This document shows, in pieces, positions 45,963 through 55,350 of a stretch of DNA of 64,000 nucleotides; the stretch's first letter is position 1; every line of letters starts with the position of its first letter. The notes beneath the pieces are model-generated. The model ran no database searches, was not told where the DNA came from, and saw nothing but the letters and a program-made list of their open reading frames with translations. The translations under genes were made by a program, and so were the position numbers. The DNA is from an uncultured Alphaproteobacteria bacterium (GTDB lineage: Bacteria; Pseudomonadota; Alphaproteobacteria; Rhizobiales; Xanthobacteraceae), in NCBI GenBank assembly GCA_963790975.1, contig CAWBQV010000005.1:124948-188947 (forward strand). Reading direction: 5' to 3'.

Positions 45963-47621
45963 TCACGCATTACCGAGCGGCAGCGCCACGAAGCGGGTGG
46001 CGTCGCCCATTTTCACGCGCATCAGCACTTCATGCTTGCCTTGCGCCGCGGCGTCCTTGAGCGCGCTGCGCACATCGCCGGCATTGGCGACGGGTTTGCC
46101 GCCGACGTCGAGGATGACGTTGCCGGTGGCAAAACCTTCGTCGGCCGCCGGCCCGTTGGGATCGACCGCGGTGACCACGACGCCCTGGCTGCCGGCGCCG
46201 GACACTTCGCTCGCCGGCGCCACTTGCAGGCCGAGATGCGGTACGCCGCCGGTCGGCTGCGCGGCGCCGGTATCGGCATTAGCCTGCCGCTGCTCGTTCG
46301 GCATCTGCTGCAGCGTCAACGACACCGTCTTCTGTTGACCCTGGCGGATGATGTCGAGCTTGACGGACGAATCCGGCGCCAGCATGCCGATGGTGCGGGC
46401 GAGATCGCGGGCGTCCTTCACCGGCGTGCCGTTGACCGTGGTGATGACGTCGCCGGACTGGATGCCGGCCGCCGCGGCGGGACTGCCGTTCTGCGGCTGG
46501 TCGACCAGCGCGCCTTGCGCCTTCGTCAAGCCGAGGCTGTCGGCGATGCCGGCGGTCACCGGCTGGATCGAAACGCCGAGCCAGCCGCGCGTGACATGGC
46601 CGGACTTCTCCAGTTCGGCCACCACCGCTTTCGCGGTATCGGCCGGGATGTCGAAGCCGATGCCGACCGAACCGCCAGACGGCGAATAGATCGCAGTGTT
46701 GACGCCGATCACGTAGCCCTCGACGTCGAACGCCGGTCCGCCGGAATTACCCTTGTTGATGGGCGCGTCGATCTGGATGTAGTCGTCATAGGGCCCCGCG
46801 CCGATGTCGCGGCCGCTGGCGGAAACAATGCCCGCCGTCACGGTGCCGCCGAGACCGAACGGATTACCGACGGCGACCACCCAGTCGCCGACTTTCGGCG
46901 GCGTGCTGGCGAATTGCACGTAAGGGAAGTCGCTCTTGCCGTCGACCTTGATCACGGCGAGGTCGGTCTTGGGATCGGTGCCGATGACTCTGGCCGTGTA
47001 GATCGAGCCGTCATCGGTCGTGACCTGCACCGATTTGGCGTGATCGACGACGTGATTGTTGGTCACGGCATAGCCGTCCGGCGAGATGAAGAAGCCGGAG
47101 CCTTCGCCGACAATGGTTTGATGGCGTTGCGGCGAATTCTGGCCTTGCTGGCCTTGCTGGCCTTGCTGGCCTTGCTGGCCTTGCTGGCCTTGCTGGCCTT
47201 GCTGGCCTTGCTGGCCTTGCTGGCCTTGCTGGCCTTGCTGGCCGAACTGATCGCCGAATTGCTGGAAGAATTTGTCGAACGGCGAGCCCGGCTGGGCGGG
47301 GATGGCCTGCTGGTCGTCGCCGTTATTGCCGTTGCCGTCGCCGCCATCCTGCATCATCGCCGGCTCGGCGGAGGCGGGGATTTTGACCCGCACCGAGATC
47401 ACCGCGGGTTTCACTTTGGTGACGAGGTCGGCGAAACCGGCCGGATGATCGAGCGTCGCGTCGGCCGCGCTCGCGGTCGGGGTGGCGAAGCCGGTCGGCC
47501 AGTAGTTACTCAGGCCGGCAAGCAACAGCGCCGCGCCGATGCCGGCGACGGACGCCAAAAGCTTGATGCGCCGGGCCGTGAGGACCCTGGCTTTACGTGA
47601 ATCGGGATTGTCCTGCGTCAT
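45963..47621 (-). CDS. degP: Do/DegP/HtrA-family periplasmic serine protease with two PDZ domains
   Basis: GGAGAC Shine-Dalgarno before ATG 47621. GSGFFISPDGYAVTNNHVV (His), DLAVIKV (Asp) and GNSGGPAF (Ser) catalytic motifs. Two PDZ-like regions. Confidence 0.9.
   Translation of the reverse strand: MTQDNPDSRKARVLTARRIKLLASVAGIGAALLLAGLSNYWPTGFATPTASAADATLDHPAGFADLVTKVKPAVISVRVKIPASAEPAMMQDGGDGNGNNGDDQQAIPAQPGSPFDKFFQQFGDQFGQQGQQGQQGQQGQQGQQGQQGQQGQQGQQGQQGQNSPQRHQTIVGEGSGFFISPDGYAVTNNHVVDHAKSVQVTTDDGSIYTARVIGTDPKTDLAVIKVDGKSDFPYVQFASTPPKVGDWVVAVGNPFGLGGTVTAGIVSASGRDIGAGPYDDYIQIDAPINKGNSGGPAFDVEGYVIGVNTAIYSPSGGSVGIGFDIPADTAKAVVAELEKSGHVTRGWLGVSIQPVTAGIADSLGLTKAQGALVDQPQNGSPAAAAGIQSGDVITTVNGTPVKDARDLARTIGMLAPDSSVKLDIIRQGQQKTVSLTLQQMPNEQRQANADTGAAQPTGGVPHLGLQVAPASEVSGAGSQGVVVTAVDPNGPAADEGFATGNVILDVGGKPVANAGDVRSALKDAAAQGKHEVLMRVKMGDATRFVALPLGNA
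47141..47239. repeat. 11 perfect tandem copies of a 9-bp unit (GGCCTTGCT) inside degP, encoding (QQG)11
   Basis: Counted directly: the units run 47141-47239 and are followed by a partial unit GGCC. Confidence 0.95.
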
Positions 47622-48050
47622 GACATAGTCTCCATCGATGGCTGTGGCCCAGCGGCCGTTGCCGGTACATTTGGGGCATGCCGGCTTACAACGACCTGAC
47701 CGGCGCATTAATTCGGAGAAAGTTTTGCCGACGCGCTTGCGCCGCCGGCGCGGCGGCCGGCGCGTCGAAAAAAATTGCCAGCGACGTTGACGCCGATGGC
47801 GGCGGCAAGAGTCCGCTTGGACCCGGCATCGCAGTCGCGGAGCCAGACCTCACAACGACTGCCTAATAATTGGGCGGCGACTGCCTAGGAGGCCTCTGGA
47901 CCGCATTCGGTGCCGCACGGCCGTCACAACACATCCGTCAAATCAATGGCTTGCGCTGCGGCAACGGCGGCGCGCCGCGTGGCACGCCGCTTGCGGAAGA
48001 GTGTGCAAGCCAACAATGCGCGAGCCATTGCGCCAACCTGGGAGGCTTCA

Positions 48051-49667
48051 ATGAAGCGCCGCGACTTCCTCAAATCCGTAACAGCGCTCACCGCCGCGGC
48101 CGCCGTTCCGGCGCCCGCCGTTTGGTCGCCGGCCAAGGCCCAAGCCCGCAACGAGACACTGCTGCTTGTCACCGAGAACGGCCCCAACAATCTCGACATT
48201 CATGGCGTCGGCACCAACCGGCCCGGCTATGAGGCGTCGTGGAATTGCTACGACCGGCTGATCACGCATCCGAAGAAAACGCTGTCCGACGGCTCGCTGT
48301 CTTACGACCGCGACAATTTCGAGCCCGAGCTCGCCGAGGACATGAATGTCGGCGACATGTCGGTCACCTTCAAGCTGAAGAAGAGCGCCAAATTTCAGGA
48401 CGGCACGCCGGTCACCGCCAATGACGTGAAATGGTCGTTCGACCGCGCCGTGTCGGTCGGCGGCTTTCCTACGGTGCAGATGAAAGTCGGCTCGCTCACC
48501 AGCAAGGATCAGTTCGTCGTCGTCGACGACGCGACCTTCCGCGTCGATTTTCTGAAAAAAGACCGGCTCACCGTTCCCGATCTCGCGGTGATCGTGCCCG
48601 GCATCTACAATTCCGCACTGGTGAAGTCGAAGGCGACCGATCAGGATCCGTGGGGCCTGGAATATACCAAGCTCAATACCGCAGGCTCCGGCGCCTTCAA
48701 GGTGACGAGCTGGCAGCCCGGCACCGAAGTCGTCTACGAGCGCAACGATGACTGGGTTGGCGGCAAGCTGCCGCAACTGAAGAAAGTCATCTGGCGCACC
48801 ATCCCCTCAGGCGGCAACCGCCGCGCTTTGATGGAGCGCGGCGACGCCGACATCTCGTTCGATTTGCCCCCCAAGGACTTCACCGAGATGAAGCAGGAGG
48901 GCAAGCTCAAGATGATCTCCAATCCGATCGGCAACGGCATGTATAGCGTGGAAATGAATGTCGTGAACCCGCCGTTCAACAATCCGAAAATCCGCCAGGC
49001 CGTGGCCTTCGCGATCCCGTATCAGAACATCGTCGACTCGGCGATGTTCGGCAATTGCAATCCGCTGTTCGGCGGCCCCTCGAATACCGTCTCGACCATC
49101 GCCTGGCCGCAGGCCACCGGCTATGCCACCAATATCGACAAAGCCAAGGCGGTCATCGCCGACGCCGGCGGCGCCCCCATCGACACCACCATCTCATTCG
49201 ACCTCGGCGACGCGGTGAAATGCGAACCGGTCGCCGAATTGCTGCAGGAGAGTCTCGGCCATATCGGCATCACCTCGACCATCAACAAAGTGCCGGGCGC
49301 GAACTGGCGCAGCGAGATGGCCAAGAAGACCATGCCGCTGATGATCAACTTCTTCTCGGGCTGGCTCGATTATCCGGAATACTTCTTCCTGTGGTGCTAT
49401 TCCGGCCAGAACGCGATCTTCAACACGCCGAGCTACGTCAACCCGGCCATGGATGCGCTGATCAACGGCGCCCGTGACGCCGCCGCCACTGGCGACAACG
49501 CCAAATACGCGACCGACGTCGAGGGCTTCATTTCCATGGCGTATACGGACGTGCCGCGCGTGCCGCTGTTTCAGCCGTATCTGAACGTCGCGACCCAGGG
49601 CAACATTTCCGGCTACTCCTACTGGTTCCATCGCCAGGTCGACTATCGCTCGATCGTGAAAGCGTGA
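48051..49667 (+). CDS. ABC transporter substrate-binding protein, family 5 (peptide/nickel type), Tat signal
   Basis: GGGAGG Shine-Dalgarno before ATG 48051. MKRRDFLKSVTALTAAAAVPAPAVWSPAKA twin-arginine signal. 538 aa. Confidence 0.9.
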   Translation: MKRRDFLKSVTALTAAAAVPAPAVWSPAKAQARNETLLLVTENGPNNLDIHGVGTNRPGYEASWNCYDRLITHPKKTLSDGSLSYDRDNFEPELAEDMNVGDMSVTFKLKKSAKFQDGTPVTANDVKWSFDRAVSVGGFPTVQMKVGSLTSKDQFVVVDDATFRVDFLKKDRLTVPDLAVIVPGIYNSALVKSKATDQDPWGLEYTKLNTAGSGAFKVTSWQPGTEVVYERNDDWVGGKLPQLKKVIWRTIPSGGNRRALMERGDADISFDLPPKDFTEMKQEGKLKMISNPIGNGMYSVEMNVVNPPFNNPKIRQAVAFAIPYQNIVDSAMFGNCNPLFGGPSNTVSTIAWPQATGYATNIDKAKAVIADAGGAPIDTTISFDLGDAVKCEPVAELLQESLGHIGITSTINKVPGANWRSEMAKKTMPLMINFFSGWLDYPEYFFLWCYSGQNAIFNTPSYVNPAMDALINGARDAAATGDNAKYATDVEGFISMAYTDVPRVPLFQPYLNVATQGNISGYSYWFHRQVDYRSIVKA

Positions 49668-49674
49668 CGGCCTC

Positions 49675-49698
49675 CCTCTCCCCGTACGCGGGGAGAGG
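49675..49698 (+). other. intercistronic 10-bp hairpin between the SBP and first permease genes
   Basis: CCTCTCCCCG-TACG-CGGGGAGAGG in the 44-nt gap between 49667 and 49712. Confidence 0.5.
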
Positions 49699-49711
49699 TG
49701 GAGAAGTGTAA

Positions 49712-50725
49712 ATGCTGACGACTTCTCTCAAACGCCTCATCACCGTGATTCCGACGCTGATCGGCGTCATCATCGTGACGTTCCTGCTGACGCGCGTGTT
49801 GCCGGGCGATCCGGCGGTGTATTTCGCCGGTCCCGCGGCGACGCCGCAATCGATTGCCGATATCCGCAAATCGCTCGGCCTCGACCAGTCGCTGCCCAAG
49901 CAGTTTTTGCACTATGTCGACGACCTCGCCCACGGCAATCTCGGCAATTCGCTCGCCACCGGCCAGCCAGTGACGGCCGAAATCGTCTCGCGGTTGCCGG
50001 CGTCGGCCGAGCTGACGCTGTTCGGGCTGATCATCTCGATGGTGATCGCCATTCCGCTCGGCATCCTCGCCGCGGTCAAGCAAGGCTCCTGGATCGATCA
50101 TACCTGCCGCATCGTGGCGACGGCAGGCGTCTCGTTGCCGGTGTTCTTCACCGGGCTCCTCTTGATCTACCTGTTCTACTTCCGGCTCGGCTGGGCACCG
50201 GCGCCGCTCGGCCGGCTCGACGTTTTCTTCGACGCGCCGCCGCGCGTGACCGGCTTCTATCTGGTCGACAGCCTGCTCGCGGGCGAGCCCGGGATATTCC
50301 TGGCGAGCCTCAAGCAGCTCATCCTGCCGGGGCTGACGCTCGCCATTTTCTCGCTGGCGCCGATCGCGCGCATGACGCGGGCCTCGATGCTGGCGGTGCT
50401 GTCCGCGGATTTCGTGCGCACCGCACGCGCCAGCGGACTGTCGTCCTACACCGTGGTCATGACCTATGCGTTCCGCAATGCCATGCTGCCGGTCATCACC
50501 ACGCTCGGCATGGTGTTCTCGTTTCTGCTCGGCGCCAATGTGCTGGTCGAGAAGGTGTTCGCCTGGCCCGGCATCGGCTCGTTCGCGGTCGAGGCGCTGA
50601 TCGCGTCGGACTTCGCACCGGTGCAGGGTTTTGTGCTCACCATGGCGGTGATGTACGTCGCGCTCAATCTGTTGATCGACGTTCTTTACGGCGTCGTCGA
50701 TCCTCGCGTGAGGCTTGAGGGATGA
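49712..50725 (+). CDS. ABC transporter permease (DppB/OppB-like)
   Basis: 337 aa. MLTTSLKRLITVIPTLIGVIIVTFLLTRVLPGDP is a typical N-terminus for this family. Confidence 0.9.
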   Translation: MLTTSLKRLITVIPTLIGVIIVTFLLTRVLPGDPAVYFAGPAATPQSIADIRKSLGLDQSLPKQFLHYVDDLAHGNLGNSLATGQPVTAEIVSRLPASAELTLFGLIISMVIAIPLGILAAVKQGSWIDHTCRIVATAGVSLPVFFTGLLLIYLFYFRLGWAPAPLGRLDVFFDAPPRVTGFYLVDSLLAGEPGIFLASLKQLILPGLTLAIFSLAPIARMTRASMLAVLSADFVRTARASGLSSYTVVMTYAFRNAMLPVITTLGMVFSFLLGANVLVEKVFAWPGIGSFAVEALIASDFAPVQGFVLTMAVMYVALNLLIDVLYGVVDPRVRLEG

Positions 50726-51606
50726 CCGATATCGCAGTAGCGCCCCGGCCTCCAAGCGGACTTGCCGCGCTCATCCGTCATGGCCGCTATGTCATTTCCG
50801 AAAATCCGGTCACCGGGCTTGCCTTCGGCCTGTTCGTGCTGATCCTGATCGCAGCCGTGATCGGACCCTGGATCGTGCCCTACGATCCGCTGGCGAGCGC
50901 AGCCTCGGCGACGCTCAAGCCGCCGTCGCTCGAACACTGGTTCGGCACCGACCAACTTGGCCGCGACGTCTTCAGCCGCGTCGTGGTCGCGGCGCGCCTC
51001 GACGCCACCATCGCCATCGCTTCCGTCGCGCTGGTGTTCCTGATGGGCGGGCTGGCCGGTGTCGCCGCCGGCTATTACGGCGGCTGGACCGACCGTATCG
51101 TCAGCCGTATCGCCGACACCATCATGGCGTTCCCGCTGTTCGTGCTCGCCATGGGCATCGTCGCGGCGCTCGGCAACACGGTGCAAAACATCGTGCTGGC
51201 GACCGCGATCATCAATTTTCCGCTCTATGCGCGCATCGCCCGCGCCGAGGCCAATATCCGCCGCGAGGCCGGCTATGTCGAAGCCGCGCGGCTCTCGGGC
51301 AACAGCGAATGGCGTATCCTGACCTTCCAGATTCTGCCCAATGTCTTTCCGATCCTGGTGGTGCAGATGTCGCTGACCATGGGCTACGCCATCCTCAATG
51401 CTGCGGGCCTGTCCTTCATCGGGCTTGGCGTGCGGCCGCCGACGCCGGAATGGGGCATCATGGTCGCCGAAGGCTCCGCCAATATCATTTCCGGCGAATG
51501 GTGGATCGCGTTCTTTCCCGGCGCCGCGTTGATGGTCGCGGTGTTCTGCTTCAATCTGCTCGGCGACGGCTTGCGCGACCTGGTCGACCCCAGGAGACGG
51601 ACATGA
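50722..51606 (+). CDS. ABC transporter permease (DppC/OppC-like)
   Basis: 294 aa. 4-nt overlap with the upstream gene. HWFGTDQLGRDVFSRV motif. Confidence 0.9.
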   Translation: MTDIAVAPRPPSGLAALIRHGRYVISENPVTGLAFGLFVLILIAAVIGPWIVPYDPLASAASATLKPPSLEHWFGTDQLGRDVFSRVVVAARLDATIAIASVALVFLMGGLAGVAAGYYGGWTDRIVSRIADTIMAFPLFVLAMGIVAALGNTVQNIVLATAIINFPLYARIARAEANIRREAGYVEAARLSGNSEWRILTFQILPNVFPILVVQMSLTMGYAILNAAGLSFIGLGVRPPTPEWGIMVAEGSANIISGEWWIAFFPGAALMVAVFCFNLLGDGLRDLVDPRRRT

Positions 51607-52604
51607 CAGCCGCGCTTTCTGTCGAAGGCTTAAGCGTCGAATTCCGCACCCGCTCCGGCATTGTGCGCGCGCTCGATAATGTCAGTTTCAGCGTCGACAA
51701 AGGCGAGACCATCGCACTGGTCGGCGAATCCGGATCGGGCAAATCGGTCACCGCCTATGCGGTGATGGGCATTCAGGATCCGGCCGGCCGTGTCACCGCC
51801 GGCCGCGCCATGCTCGGCGATCTCGATCTGCTCTCGGCCAAGCCCGGCAAGCTTGCGCAGGTGCGCGGCCACGACATCGCGATGATTTTTCAGAACCCGC
51901 GCACCGCGCTCAATCCGATCCGCACAGTCGGCCGCCAGATCGCCGACGTGCTGATGCGTCACGGCAAGGTGTCGCGCGCCGATGCGCCGGCAAAGGCAGT
52001 CGACATGCTGCGCGCGGTCGGCATCACCGATCCGGAGCGGCGGACCAAAGCCTATCCGTTCGAAATGTCGGGCGGCATGTGCCAGCGCGTCATGATCGCG
52101 ATCGCGCTTGCGGCAAAACCATCGGTGCTGATCGCCGACGAGCCGACCACCGGGCTGGATGTCACCACGCAGGCGGTGATCATGGATCTGGTCAACGATC
52201 TCGCCAAAGAGATGGGCATGGCGACGGTCTTCATCACCCACGATCTGGCGCTCGCCGGCCAGCGCTCCGCGCGCATCGTGGTCATGCATGCCGGCCACGT
52301 CGTCGAGAACGCGCCGACCGCCGAACTGTTCGCCAATCCGCGCCATCCTTATACCGCCGAGCTGATAGCGGCGACGCCGGACTCGGCGCAACATCTCGAC
52401 GAGCTCGCGTCGATTCCCGGCTCGCTGCCCGATCTGCGCCGCACCGATCTGCCGGCGTGCCGCTATTCCGAGCGCTGCCCGCGCAAGCTTGCCGCCTGCG
52501 CGCAACCGCTGCCGCGGCCGGCGCCGGGCGAAAGCCATATCGTCGCCTGCTGGAATCCGCTGCCCGAACGGACCATCGCGGCGCCGAAAGTGAGCGCGGC
52601 ATGA
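51603..52604 (+). CDS. ABC transporter ATP-binding protein (DppD-like)
   Basis: ATG 51603 overlaps the upstream stop. Walker A GESGSGKS, signature MSGGMCQRV, Walker B VLIADEPTTGLD. Confidence 0.9.
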   Translation: MTAALSVEGLSVEFRTRSGIVRALDNVSFSVDKGETIALVGESGSGKSVTAYAVMGIQDPAGRVTAGRAMLGDLDLLSAKPGKLAQVRGHDIAMIFQNPRTALNPIRTVGRQIADVLMRHGKVSRADAPAKAVDMLRAVGITDPERRTKAYPFEMSGGMCQRVMIAIALAAKPSVLIADEPTTGLDVTTQAVIMDLVNDLAKEMGMATVFITHDLALAGQRSARIVVMHAGHVVENAPTAELFANPRHPYTAELIAATPDSAQHLDELASIPGSLPDLRRTDLPACRYSERCPRKLAACAQPLPRPAPGESHIVACWNPLPERTIAAPKVSAA

Positions 52605-53635
52605 CAACTTTGCTCGACGTTGCCGAAGTCTCGAAAGTGTTTCCGGTCGCCGGCGGCCCGGGCGCCTGGACGCGGCTGAAGCGGCGCATCGCCGGTGGCG
52701 TCGAGAAGCTGCCGAAAGTCTATGCCGTCGACAATGTCAGCTTTACCGTCGAGCAAGGCGAGACGGTTGGCCTCGTCGGCGAATCCGGCTGCGGCAAATC
52801 GACTTTGGTGCGTGCGCTGACCCGCCTGATCGACGTCAGCGACGGCATCGTCAAGCTCGGCGCGCGCGAAGTGTCGGTCAAGCCGGCCCGCGTATTCGCC
52901 CGCGACCGCGATCGCGCCCGCATTCAGATGGTGTTTCAGGACGCCGGCGAAAGCGTCAACCCACGCTTCACCGCGTTCGACGCCATCGCCGATCCGCTGC
53001 GCCGGCTGCGCAAATTGCGCGGCAAGGCGCTCACCGAGCGCGTCGAGACCGTGGCGAGCCAATGCGGGCTGCCGCTCGCGCTATTGCCGCGTTATCCGCA
53101 TCAATTGTCCGGCGGCCAGCGCGCCCGCGTCGGCATTGCGCGCGCCATTGGGGTCGAGCCCGAACTCCTTGTGCTCGATGAGCCGACCGCGGCGCTCGAC
53201 GTTTCGGTTCAGGTCGTGATTCTTAAATTGTTGCAACGCCTGCAGAAAGAATTCGGCATGAGCTATCTGTTCGTGTCGCACGATCTTTCGGTGGTGCGGC
53301 TGCTGTGCAACCGCGTGCTGGTGATGTATCTCGGCAAGATCGTGGAATCCGGCCCGGCCGACGAAGTCTTCGAGCATCCGCTGCATCCTTATACCCAGGC
53401 GCTGGTCGCCGCGGTGCCGCGGCTGCATGACGATGGCGTCGCACGGTTGCGCCTGATCGGCGAGCCGCGCAGCCCCGTCGATCCCGATCCGAATGTGTGC
53501 CGCTTCTACGGCCGCTGCCCGCGCGGCACCGATGCCTGCAAGACCACCATGCCGGCGCTGCGCAGTTTCGGCGCGCATCAGGTCGCCTGCCATTTCGCCG
53601 AGGAATTTTTGCCGCAGCAAAAAGCCGCGTCATGA
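52601..53635 (+). CDS. ABC transporter ATP-binding protein (DppF-like)
   Basis: ATGA overlap. Walker A GESGCGKST, signature LSGGQRARV, Walker B LLVLDEPTAALD. Confidence 0.9.
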   Translation: MTTLLDVAEVSKVFPVAGGPGAWTRLKRRIAGGVEKLPKVYAVDNVSFTVEQGETVGLVGESGCGKSTLVRALTRLIDVSDGIVKLGAREVSVKPARVFARDRDRARIQMVFQDAGESVNPRFTAFDAIADPLRRLRKLRGKALTERVETVASQCGLPLALLPRYPHQLSGGQRARVGIARAIGVEPELLVLDEPTAALDVSVQVVILKLLQRLQKEFGMSYLFVSHDLSVVRLLCNRVLVMYLGKIVESGPADEVFEHPLHPYTQALVAAVPRLHDDGVARLRLIGEPRSPVDPDPNVCRFYGRCPRGTDACKTTMPALRSFGAHQVACHFAEEFLPQQKAAS

Positions 53636-53901
53636 AACGCAAGACCGCAAAAAAAGCCAAGCCGGCAAAAACCGAGCCGGCCGCGCGGCATAAGAAGCCA
53701 CCGCATAGCGCTCCCGCGCCCGCGGGGCAAGACGAAGCGGCGCTGGTGGCGGCGGCCGCGCAGGCGCTGTCGCTGACGCTCGATCCGTCCTGGGAGGCCG
53801 GCGTCACATTCAATCTGCACCTGATCCTGCGCCATGCGGCTTTGGTCGAGGAATTCGCTTTGCCCGACGACGCCGAACCCGCGCCGATATTCCATGCTTG
53901 A
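53632..53901 (+). CDS. AtzG-like small protein (DUF4089) with a basic N-terminal extension
   Basis: ATGA overlap with the ATPase stop. The C-terminal ALVAAAAQALSLTLDPSWEAGVTFNLHLILRHAALVEEFALPDDAEPAPIF matches the DUF4089/AtzG pattern as I recall it. Confidence 0.65.
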   Translation: MKRKTAKKAKPAKTEPAARHKKPPHSAPAPAGQDEAALVAAAAQALSLTLDPSWEAGVTFNLHLILRHAALVEEFALPDDAEPAPIFHA

Positions 53902-55298
53902 TACGCCCGCCGCCGATTTCGATTTCGCCACCGCGGCCGACATCGCCGCAGCGGTCACTTCGGGCCGGGCGAGTGCCGTCGCCGTGGTCGAGGCGGCGCT
54001 GGCGCGCATCCGCGAGCGCGACCCGGTGCTCAATTCGTTTACCGCGGTGACCGACGAGCGTGCGCTCCTTCGCGCCCAGGCGATCGATGCCACACGCGAG
54101 CGCGGCGAGCCGGCCGGCCCGCTCGCCGGCGTGCCGTTCGCGGTCAAGAATCTGTTCGACGTCGCCGGCCTGCCGACGCTCGCCGGCTCGAAAATCAACC
54201 GCGACGATCCGCCCGCCAGCCGCGACGCCGCTCTGATCGAGCGGCTGGAAGCCGCCGGCGCCATTCTTCTCGGCGCGCTCAATATGGGCGAATACGCCTA
54301 CGACTTCACCGGCGAGAATATTCACGACGGCCCCTCGCGCAATCCGCACGATCACAACCGCATGGCCGGCGGCTCGTCCGGCGGGTCCGGCGCCGCGGTC
54401 GGCGGCGGAACTCGTGCCGCTTGCGCTCGGCTCCGACACCAACGGCTCGATCCGGGTGCCGTCGTCGCTGTGCGGCATCTTTGGGCTTAAACCCACTTAC
54501 GGCCGGCTCACCCGCGCGCGGACGTTTCCGTTTGTCGCGAGCCTCGACCATCTCGGCCCGTTCGCGCGCAGCGCGCGCGATCTCGCGCTCGCCTATGACG
54601 CCATGCAGGGTTTCGATCCTGACGATGCCGCCTGCGCCGATCGTCCCGCCGATCCGGTGACGCCGCTTCTCGACCTCGGCGCCGACGGTTTGCGCGTTGC
54701 CGTCGCGTCGGATTATTTCAAATGCAAGAGCGGCGAGGCCTGCTACGCCATCGACCGCGTCGCCTCAGCCCTCGGCGCCAATCGCGACATCGAAATTCCA
54801 CAGGCCGAGCGCGCCCGCTCGGCGGCATTCATCATCACCGCGACCGAAGGCGCGAGCCTGCATCTCGACCGGCTGCGCAAGCGTGCGCCGGATTTCGATC
54901 CCGCCGTGCGCGACCGCTTGCTTGCCGGCGCCATGGCGCCGGCCGCGCTGACGGTGAAGGCGCAGAAATTCCGCCGCTGGTACCACGAGCAGGTTTTGCA
55001 GCTGTTCAAGGAGGTTGACGCAATTCTGGCTCCGGCGACGCCATGCACCGCGCCGTTGATCGGGCAAAAAACCTTCATGCACGGCGACGTCGAATTGCCG
55101 GTGCGCGCCAATCTCGGCCTCTATACGCAGCCGATTTCCTTCATCGGCCTGCCGGTGGTGGCCGTGCCGGTGCCGCTTTCGCCGCTGCCGATCGCGGTCC
55201 AGATCATCGCCGCGCCCTGGCGCGAGGACGTGGCGCTGCGGCTCGCGCACGCGCTCGAACGCAAGGGCGTGGTCGCAGCGATGCGGCCGGCGATGTAA
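53894..55298 (+). pseudogene. AtzE-like amidase-signature amidohydrolase, frame interrupted by one extra base (probably a sequence artefact)
   Basis: Track ORFs 53834..54490 and 54414..55298. The amidase signature GGSSGGSGAAVGGG | LVPLALGSDTNGSIRVPSSLCGIFGLKPTYGR is split at GAACTC 54408-54413. Length is 1405 nt = 3n+1. Confidence 0.85.
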
Positions 55299-55350
55299 CT
55301 TCGTCCCGCCCGCGATAGCGGGGGCTGACAATTCCATCGAGGAGATAATA

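Noticed and set aside
47134-47139. GAATTC inside degP, as a possible fifth GANTC-derived insertion
   Set aside because: The DegP frame reads through it correctly (QNSPQRHQTIVGEG leads into the protease domain), so it is a natural hexamer.
46032-47600. 522-aa plus-strand ORF containing a LALLALLALL repeat, and the 94-aa minus-strand ORF 47063..47347 with SKASKASKA
   Set aside because: Both are alternative frames of the degP gene and its 9-bp tandem repeat. Only the DegP frame has catalytic-triad and PDZ motifs.
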